Shown here piece by piece: positions 57,287 through 64,000 of a DNA stretch of 64,000 bases. Where the stretch lies: the NCBI GenBank assembly GCA_965223545.1, contig OZ245006.1:5696001-5760000 (forward strand). Direction: 5' to 3'. The translations under genes were made by a program, and so were the position numbers. The notes beneath the pieces were generated by a model. That model made no database searches, was not told the origin of the DNA, and saw only the letters and a list, made by a program, of their open reading frames with translations. This stretch comes from Planctomycetota bacterium (lineage in GTDB: Bacteria; Planctomycetota; UBA1135; UBA2386). Numbering within the stretch: the first letter of the stretch is position 1; the number at the start of each line of letters is the position of its first letter.

Positions 57287-58510
57287 TTAGTTGGAATCCG
57301 CGAGCGCGGACCAGTCCACCGCGTCGCGGCGTAGCGTCGGCAGCTCGGCATCGAGCAGCTCGACGTACTTCTGTGCCGCCCCGGTGTTGAACACCACCAC
57401 CCGCTCTCCCGCGCCGATGCGGCCGGTCGCGACCGCCCGCTGCAGGGCGCCGAGGCAAGTCGCGCTCTCCGGACACAGCGCGATCCCCTCGAGGCGCGCG
57501 CACAGCCGCATCCACTCGACCAGCTCGGCTTCCGGAGTCGCGATCGCGCCGCCGCCCGAGCTGCGCACGGCGTCGAGAATCAAGAAGTCGCCCAAGGCGA
57601 CCGGCACGCGCACACCACTGGCGGCAGTCTGCGGGTCGCGGATCGCAGCGCCAGTGGCGAGCCCGTCCTCGAACGCCTTGACGATCGGCGCGCAGCCGTC
57701 GGCCTGACAGACGAAGAACCGCGGTGAGCGGTCGTCGTCGAGCCAGCCCAACGCGTTGAGCTCGGCGAACGCCTTGTGCATGCCGATCAGCCCGGTGCCG
57801 CCGCCGGTGGGGTAGAGGATCGCGTCGGGCAGGCGCCAATCGAGCTGCTCGGCCAGCTCGAGCCCCATGGTCTTCTTGCCTTCGATCCGGTACGGCTCGC
57901 GCAGCGTGCTGACGTCGAACCACCCGAAGCGCTCTGCACCCTGCCGCACGATCGCGCCGCAGTCGTGGATCAGTCCATCGACGGTGAAGGCGTGGGCGCC
58001 GTGCAGCGCGGCCTCCAGCTGATTGACGCGCGGCGTATCCCGCGGCATCAGCACGGTGCACGGCAGGCCGGCGCGCGCGGCGTAGGCGGCGAGCGCCCCG
58101 CCGGCGTTGCCCTGGGTCGGCGCCGCCAGATGGGTGGCGCCGAGCTCTCGGGCGCGCGACACGGCGAGCGCCATCCCGCGCGCCTTGAACGAGCCGGTGG
58201 GCAGCAGCGCCTCGTCCTTGATCCACAGCTTGCGCACGCCGAAGTGTCGCGCCAGCCGTTCGCAGTCGAGCAGGGGAGTGCGGTTCTCGCCCAGACTCAC
58301 CCGAGAATCGAAGTCGCGCACCGGCAACAGCTCGGCGTAGCGCCACAGGTCGGCCGGCCGCGCGGCCAGCTCGGTGCGCCGCACCGCGGCGCCGACCGCG
58401 GCGAGGTCGTAGCGCGCCAGCAGCGGCTTGCCGGCGTGGACCGTCTGCAGCTGCTCCGGTTCGTGCGCGCTGCCGTCGGCCGTGGACTCGAGATGGGTGA
58501 GAAAACTCAT
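57287..58510 (-). CDS. thrC: Threonine synthase (PLP-dependent, fold type II)
   Basis: LWRYAELLP, SLGE..TPL, LPTGSFKARG, EPYRIEGKKTMG, YPTGGGTG, FNTG..KY. Confidence 0.88.
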   Translation of the reverse strand: MSFLTHLESTADGSAHEPEQLQTVHAGKPLLARYDLAAVGAAVRRTELAARPADLWRYAELLPVRDFDSRVSLGENRTPLLDCERLARHFGVRKLWIKDEALLPTGSFKARGMALAVSRARELGATHLAAPTQGNAGGALAAYAARAGLPCTVLMPRDTPRVNQLEAALHGAHAFTVDGLIHDCGAIVRQGAERFGWFDVSTLREPYRIEGKKTMGLELAEQLDWRLPDAILYPTGGGTGLIGMHKAFAELNALGWLDDDRSPRFFVCQADGCAPIVKAFEDGLATGAAIRDPQTAASGVRVPVALGDFLILDAVRSSGGGAIATPEAELVEWMRLCARLEGIALCPESATCLGALQRAVATGRIGAGERVVVFNTGAAQKYVELLDAELPTLRRDAVDWSALADSN

Positions 58511-58519
58511 GGTAGGGGC

Positions 58520-59104
58520 CTACTGCGGCGTCTCGATCCACAGCGCGGCGGGGCGAATGCGCACTCGGCGCGTGATGCCGCCGCCGCGGGCGCACTCCGC
58601 CAACCATCGGCCGCCGTCGGCGTCGCGGCCCAGGGCGCGGTAGCGCTCGGTGTCGGTCTGCACCACGTCGACGCGCTCGAGCGCGCCGCCGACGGCGGCG
58701 CGCAGCTGCGCCACGATCGCCGCCGGTGCCGCGTCGACCGGCAGCGAATGGCTGCGTTCGACGACGGTGCCGTCCGCGGTGAGGCGCACGCTGCGAAACC
58801 TGCCGGCCGCGTCCTCGCCGAGATCGACGTCGACGCGGTAGTGGCCGTCGCCCGGCAGGTGCTCGATGCGGCGCTGCCCGCCGGGCGCCAGCGCCTCGGC
58901 GGTCCGGCGCACCACAGCGGGAACTTCCGTCTCCGCCACTGGCAGCGACACCTCGACGATGCCCTTTGGCGTCAGCGCGACGCGGGCGGCTCCGCCATCC
59001 GGTGTGCGACGCAGCGGGTCGAGGAGCTCGGGTGCCACGCCCGGTGCACTGCAGGCGCAGAGGGCAATGAGCCCGAGGGCTGTCGTTCGGCTTGGCTTCC
59101 GCAT
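58520..59104 (-). CDS. Hypothetical lipoprotein (possible PepSY-like repeats)
   Basis: MRKPSRTTALGLIALCAC lipobox; repeated VPAVV / APAAIV units; ends 9 nt before thrC start. Confidence 0.6.
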   Translation of the reverse strand: MRKPSRTTALGLIALCACSAPGVAPELLDPLRRTPDGGAARVALTPKGIVEVSLPVAETEVPAVVRRTAEALAPGGQRRIEHLPGDGHYRVDVDLGEDAAGRFRSVRLTADGTVVERSHSLPVDAAPAAIVAQLRAAVGGALERVDVVQTDTERYRALGRDADGGRWLAECARGGGITRRVRIRPAALWIETPQ

Positions 59105-59158
59105 CGGAGGCCGGACTATAAGAGGGGCGACCCGCCGTTCCCGAACCGATCCATACCC

Positions 59159-60511
59159 ATGATCCCATCGCTGGCCTCGCTTCTCCTCGCTCTCGTCGCC
59201 CAGGACCCCGGGGTCGCGGTTGCCGAGCGGATCGGCGCGTTGGCGGCAGAAGTCGATCCGGCGGCGCTGCGCCGCACGGTGGACGACCTGGTCGGTTTCG
59301 GCACCCGGCACGTCGCGTCGGCCGTCGATTCGACCGAGCACGGCACGGGCGCGGCGCGCGCCTACCTGCAGCGCCGGTTCGAAGAGCTGGTGCCGGCGTC
59401 GGGTGGCCGGCTGCGGGTCGAGCGCATGGAACACCGCGTGTTCAGCACGAGGCTGCGGCGCGAAGTCGACTTGGTCAACGTCGTGGCGACGCTCCGCGGG
59501 GTCAGCGATCCGGAGCGGATCTACGTCGTCGGCGGCCACTACGATTCGATCAACGGCAACAATCGAGACTCCGGGGGCGCGGCGCCGGGGGCCAACGACG
59601 ACGCCTCCGGCACCGCGGTCGTGCTCGAGGCCTGTCGCCTGATGTGCGCGCAACCGCTCGCTGCGACGGTCGTGTTCTGTGGTTACGACGGTGAGGAGAT
59701 GGGGCTGCTGGGCTCGGCGGAGCACGCTGCGCTGCTGCAGGCCGCCGGTGCGCGCGTGGATGGCATGATCACCAACGACATCGTCGGCAACTCCCTGGGA
59801 ATGGACGGTGTGCGCCGTGACGACTACGTGCGCTGCTTCAGCTACGCGCCGCGCGGCAACGACTCGAGCGGCCGCAGCCTCGCCCGCGCCGCGACGCGTG
59901 CCGCTGCCGCGTTCGAGGACTTCCACGCCCGGCTGGTGTACCGCGGTGACCGCTACGGCCGCGGTGGCGACCACCGATCGTTCCACGCCGCGGGGTATCC
60001 CGCGATCCGCTTCACCGAGCCGCGCGAGGACTACTCGCGGCAGCATCGCGATGTCACCGAGCGCGAAGGCCGTCCCTATGGCGACCTGCCCGAGTACATG
60101 GACTTCGACTATCTGGCGCGGGTGTGCCGGCTCAACGTCGCGCTGTTGGTGGAGCTCGCCAGCGCCCCGCCGGCGCCCGAGCGCGTGCGTGCGCGGGGAG
60201 TGCGGGATGCCTACGACACGCGCGTGAGCTGGCGGCCGGTGGCGGGTGCTGCGGCCTACGAGATCGTGTGGCGCGAGACCACCACCGCCGATTGGCAAGG
60301 GCGCTTGGTGCTGGCGCCGCCGGAGCCGGACCGGCGCGGTGCGCTGGCGGCCGTGCTGCCCGGCGTCTGCCTCGACGAAGTGGTCGTCGGCGTGTCCGCG
60401 GTGGGTGCCGACGGCGCGCGCTCGCGCGTTTCGACGCCGCCCGAGCCAGACGCGGTGGCGCAGCGGCCGACCGGTGCGGCGAGCGGCGACGCACCGCGCA
60501 CGCGGCGGTGA
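59159..60511 (+). CDS. Exported M28 family metallopeptidase
   Basis: FGTRH, GGHYDS, APGANDDASG, GEEMGLLGS, NDIVG, RGGDH; FN3-like C-terminus. Confidence 0.9.
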   Translation: MIPSLASLLLALVAQDPGVAVAERIGALAAEVDPAALRRTVDDLVGFGTRHVASAVDSTEHGTGAARAYLQRRFEELVPASGGRLRVERMEHRVFSTRLRREVDLVNVVATLRGVSDPERIYVVGGHYDSINGNNRDSGGAAPGANDDASGTAVVLEACRLMCAQPLAATVVFCGYDGEEMGLLGSAEHAALLQAAGARVDGMITNDIVGNSLGMDGVRRDDYVRCFSYAPRGNDSSGRSLARAATRAAAAFEDFHARLVYRGDRYGRGGDHRSFHAAGYPAIRFTEPREDYSRQHRDVTEREGRPYGDLPEYMDFDYLARVCRLNVALLVELASAPPAPERVRARGVRDAYDTRVSWRPVAGAAAYEIVWRETTTADWQGRLVLAPPEPDRRGALAAVLPGVCLDEVVVGVSAVGADGARSRVSTPPEPDAVAQRPTGAASGDAPRTRR

Positions 60512-60569
60512 CCCGGCGGGTTTGCTCCTTGCTTGCCGGCCGGGTCGTTTCCGGTCAGACTTCTGCGCG

Positions 60570-63500
60570 ATGGTGCGCGAGACCGACAAGGCGCGCCGCG
60601 CGCGCGCGCGGCGTCTGGTGGCGGGGGTGCTGGCGGCGCAGCCGGACGCGCGATGCGCGCTCGACTTCGAGACGCCGTTCCAGCTGTTGGTGGCGACGAT
60701 CCTGTCGGCGCAGAACACCGACGAGAACGTCAACCGCGTCACGCCACGCTTGTTCAGCCGGTTTCCCGACCCGCAGGCCATGGCCACGGCCGACCCCGAC
60801 CAGCTGCAGGAGCTGATCCACTCCACCGGCTTCTTTCGGCAGAAGACCAAGAGCCTGCTGCGGGTGTCGCAGGCGTTGGTCGACGAGCACGGCGGTGAAG
60901 TCCCGGACACGCTCGACGAGTTGGTGCGGCTGCCGGGCGTCGGCCGGAAGACCGCCAACCTGGTGCTCGGCGTGTGCTTTGGCGTTCCCGGCCTGGTGAT
61001 CGACACCCATGCCGGCCGTCTCGCGCGCCGCTGGGGCCTCACCGAGCACAAGGATGCCGGCAAGATCGAGCGGGATCTGATGCCGTTGGTGCCCGCCGAG
61101 CAGTGGACGGCGTTCAGCCACGCCACGATCTTCCACGGTCGACGCGTCTGCCACGCGCGCAAGCCGAGCTGTGGCGAGTGTGGCTTGCGAGTCGATTGTC
61201 CTTCGGCCGACGTCGGGGGTGTCGAGCGCGGCGGCCGGGTCCGCGGCGCCGGTCTCTGGCTGCTGCTCGGTGCTGTGGCGTTCGCGGCGGCCTGCTCCGG
61301 GGAGGGCTCCGATATCGGCCCGCGCATCGTGCCGGTGAGCGAGGCCGACTACCGCGTCATCGTGGTCGACGATTCCTACCGCCGCGCGGTCAACGCACGG
61401 GTGACCATCGACGGCGCCAGTGTGGCCGGTGCGGTCGGTCGCAACGGTCGCGCGGTGGTGCCGGCCCTTGGCGTCGGCCGGGGGCGGGTGACCGTCGATG
61501 GAGCCGCGGCGTCGGCGACCGCGTCGTCCGAGCTCGGCCGCCTGGTCGTCGATGCCGACCTGAGCGACGGCGGAGAGCTGCCCTACGTCGTCTTTCTCCC
61601 CGACGTCGCCGGCAGCGCCGGACTGGTGCTGCCCGCCGGGCCGCTCGGCGGCGGCGCGCAGCTCGACGACAGCGCGAGCAGTGGCGGCATCGTCACCATC
61701 GCCGCCGGTACCGCGGTCGCCGCCGGCAGCAGCTCGACCATCACCCTGCGCACCGGCATGGTTTCCGCGCACCACTTGCCGGGCGAGCTCCCCGCCGCGG
61801 CGAGTGGCGTGCGCGTTTGGAGTCGCGGCGTGTACTTGCATCCGCCCGATCTGACGTTGGCGCCGTCGGCGGGCCTCGCGGTCGTCAACGACCAGGGCTT
61901 TGCCGCGGGAGCTGCGGCCGACCTCTACTGGTTGGAGCCCGCCACCGGGCGTTGGCAGCGCGTCGCGGGCGGCAGCGTCGATGGCAGCGGTGCGCTGGTG
62001 CAGGCCGGCGCGGGCGTCGCGGCTGCGGGGCTGTACGCGTTCGCGGTCGATGCGGTGGCGCCGACCACCCAGCTGATCGGGCGGTTGCTGGACCTGCAGG
62101 ATCGCGGCGTGCCCGACGGTCTGGTCCGCGCCGGTGCGGGCCGGGTGCGTTCGCGCGGCGACGGCCGGTTCACCCTGCCGCCGATCGCGGCGGTGGATGG
62201 CAGCGGTGCGGCGCGCACCGTGACGCTGGATGCGTTCGGTGGGCGCGATTGGCTGCCCGTGCGCGCGGCGAGCACCGTCACGCTGACGCCGGGTGTGCAG
62301 GACCTCGGCGATCTGCGCATCGAGACGGCCACGGCGACGCAGGTGCGCCTGCAGCTGATCAACCGCGGCCGCATCGATCCGTGGCGCCGGCTGCGCGTCA
62401 GCTCGGGCGATGACCCGACCTTCGGCATCGGTGTCGGGGACGCCAACGGCGAGCGGACCTTCCACGACCAGGCCGGGGAGCAGTTCGTCGGGGTGTTGAC
62501 GACCCGCATCCAAGACGACTTCGACGTCTTGGTGGCGCAGGCGTTCCGCTTTCTCAAGGCCGGCGAGCACCACGCCGACCTGCAGGTGTTCGGCAACAAG
62601 CAGCCGTGGTGGATCGGCCGGGGGCGCGGTGGGGCGACCGCGACCTACGTGGTCGATGCGCTAGGGACGGGACCGATTCGCTTCGCGGCGGTGACCCGGG
62701 ATGCCGAGCCGGAGCGCGGCTTCTTGGGCTACACGCGCGAGACGGGGGTCGTCAACGGCGCCTATGGGGACGGTGGCCAGGCCACCGCGGCGATCGCCAC
62801 CGGTGCCACCGGCAGCACGGTCGTCAGCGCGTTCACGATGGTGGACGTCGACAGCGCCCGTATCGAGGTCCCGCTGCAGCGGGCGCGCCAGTTTACCGGT
62901 GCCTTCGACGCACACGGCGTGGTGCGCGGCGCGGTCACGCTGGGCGCGGCGTCGGGCGTCGAGCGGCGCGTGTCGGCGACCCGCACGCTGACCCGCGAGG
63001 ACTGGTACGAAGCGGTGTTCTTCGACCGCGAGATTGGCGGCGACGTTCCGCGGCGCGAGGACCCCGCGCTCACCGGTGGCCGCGACTTCGTGCTCGGTGT
63101 GCCGTTGCCGGCCGGCAACCTGGCGGCCGTCGAAGTGGCGTCGTCGCCGACCGGATCGAAGCTCCAGCGCTTGGGGTTCGTCGGCGATCTGATGCCGGAC
63201 CCCGGTGGTGCCGTCACCCGAGACGTGCCGTTGACCTATGCGGCCGACACCGCGTTCACCGTCGCCGACGCGCTGACCAATCTGCACGGCAGCTTGTCGT
63301 TCGCCGACGTTACCTATGACTTGGGAATCGAGTTCGCCGACGGGCGCGTGCTGGACGCCGGCCGGGATCTCGGTGGACTGCGCGTCGCTGGCACGAGTCT
63401 GGTGGCGGACTTGCCCGCGCTGGTGGGAGGCCTGCAGGGAGCGCGCTACTTGGTCGCGTTCGACGCGCGCAGCACGGGTGGCGGGGTCGAGGTGCGGCAG

Positions 63501-63938
63501 CAGACCTTCGCGCCGCTCGACGGCGGCCCGGCGCCCTTCGTGCGCTTTCTCGATGTGCCCTCCATCGTCGCGCCAGCGCCGGGGGCGGTGGTGTCGGCCG
63601 ACGGGTTCACGGTGCAGTGGACGGTGCCGGTGTCGACCCTCTACGTCGTGGTCAACCTGCGCGCCGAGAACGGCGCGGTCGTGCGCGATTGGACCGCGGT
63701 GCTGCCAGCGAGCTTCGATCGCTTCTCGTTCCGCCGGCTGCCGGTCGAGTCGCCGCAGCCGCTGATCGCTGGCACGACTTGGCGGCTGTCGGTGACGGCG
63801 GCGCGGATCGAGACCGGAGTGCTGTCGCGGGTGCGAGATCCCTACCGCCGCATTCTGCAGAACTGGGTCGGCATCACCGCCGCCGAGCGTGAGGTCAACG
63901 CGTTCTCGACCACGGCGATCACCGTGACGACCAATTGA
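60570..63938 (+). CDS. nth: Endonuclease III fused in frame to a TM/lipobox segment and a large exported beta-rich domain
   Basis: PFQLLVATILSAQ, HhH LPGVGRKTAN, VIDTH, 4Fe-4S motif C-x6-C-x2-C-x5-C ending near 61200; no stop; LWLLLGAVAFAAAC at 61254-61295; about 880 further codons to TGA 63938. Confidence 0.85.
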   Translation: MVRETDKARRARARRLVAGVLAAQPDARCALDFETPFQLLVATILSAQNTDENVNRVTPRLFSRFPDPQAMATADPDQLQELIHSTGFFRQKTKSLLRVSQALVDEHGGEVPDTLDELVRLPGVGRKTANLVLGVCFGVPGLVIDTHAGRLARRWGLTEHKDAGKIERDLMPLVPAEQWTAFSHATIFHGRRVCHARKPSCGECGLRVDCPSADVGGVERGGRVRGAGLWLLLGAVAFAAACSGEGSDIGPRIVPVSEADYRVIVVDDSYRRAVNARVTIDGASVAGAVGRNGRAVVPALGVGRGRVTVDGAAASATASSELGRLVVDADLSDGGELPYVVFLPDVAGSAGLVLPAGPLGGGAQLDDSASSGGIVTIAAGTAVAAGSSSTITLRTGMVSAHHLPGELPAAASGVRVWSRGVYLHPPDLTLAPSAGLAVVNDQGFAAGAAADLYWLEPATGRWQRVAGGSVDGSGALVQAGAGVAAAGLYAFAVDAVAPTTQLIGRLLDLQDRGVPDGLVRAGAGRVRSRGDGRFTLPPIAAVDGSGAARTVTLDAFGGRDWLPVRAASTVTLTPGVQDLGDLRIETATATQVRLQLINRGRIDPWRRLRVSSGDDPTFGIGVGDANGERTFHDQAGEQFVGVLTTRIQDDFDVLVAQAFRFLKAGEHHADLQVFGNKQPWWIGRGRGGATATYVVDALGTGPIRFAAVTRDAEPERGFLGYTRETGVVNGAYGDGGQATAAIATGATGSTVVSAFTMVDVDSARIEVPLQRARQFTGAFDAHGVVRGAVTLGAASGVERRVSATRTLTREDWYEAVFFDREIGGDVPRREDPALTGGRDFVLGVPLPAGNLAAVEVASSPTGSKLQRLGFVGDLMPDPGGAVTRDVPLTYAADTAFTVADALTNLHGSLSFADVTYDLGIEFADGRVLDAGRDLGGLRVAGTSLVADLPALVGGLQGARYLVAFDARSTGGGVEVRQQTFAPLDGGPAPFVRFLDVPSIVAPAPGAVVSADGFTVQWTVPVSTLYVVVNLRAENGAVVRDWTAVLPASFDRFSFRRLPVESPQPLIAGTTWRLSVTAARIETGVLSRVRDPYRRILQNWVGITAAEREVNAFSTTAITVTTN

Positions 63939-64000
63939 GCACCGTGCCGCGTACCGCAGCCGCAGCAATGACGTCGACGGCGGGCGCCGGCCGCCGGCGC

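Noticed and set aside
57776..61327. 911-aa (plus) and 935-aa (minus) long ORFs
   Set aside because: Only their distal parts are real (M28 peptidase from 59159; lipoprotein from 59104); the upstream parts are antisense to other genes.

Overview
Gene-dense, very GC-rich (roughly 70-75%, by eye) chromosomal window from a diderm bacterium (kdsA, GT9 heptosyltransferase-like gene, outer-membrane porin). The gene repertoire (HEAT-repeat and prenyltransferase-repeat exported proteins, Ser/Thr kinase-TPR, ECF sigma, CHAT protease) suggests Planctomycetota, which is an inference. About 48 CDS are supported. Housekeeping genes are leuA-leuC-leuD-leuB, kdsA, gdhA, thrC, nth, an RluD-type pseudouridine synthase, and rmlC/rmlD-like genes. 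The rest are signalling genes, exported enzymes and a toxin-antitoxin-like pair. I saw no rRNA, tRNA, CRISPR array, transposase or integrase. The most notable candidates are: (1) a translationally coupled ECF sigma / single-pass anti-sigma-like / signal-peptide-bearing TPR-CHAT (caspase-fold) protease operon, whose topology suggests a caspase-like site-1 protease cascade; (2) endonuclease III fused in frame to a membrane/lipoprotein anchor and a roughly 880-aa exported domain; (3) a full-length homolog of mycobacterial arabinofuranosyltransferase AftA in a KDO-making organism; (4) a low-GC TAXI-receptor insertion that begins inside the 3' end of the CHAT gene; (5) a MenAT1-like toxin-antitoxin pair; and (6) non-coding structures: a 31-bp inverted repeat pair 6.2 kb apart, a perfectly symmetric divergent promoter, a doubly coupled small ORF inside the leu operon and a structured leuA leader. 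All family assignments come from motif recognition by eye and memory; no database searches were run.
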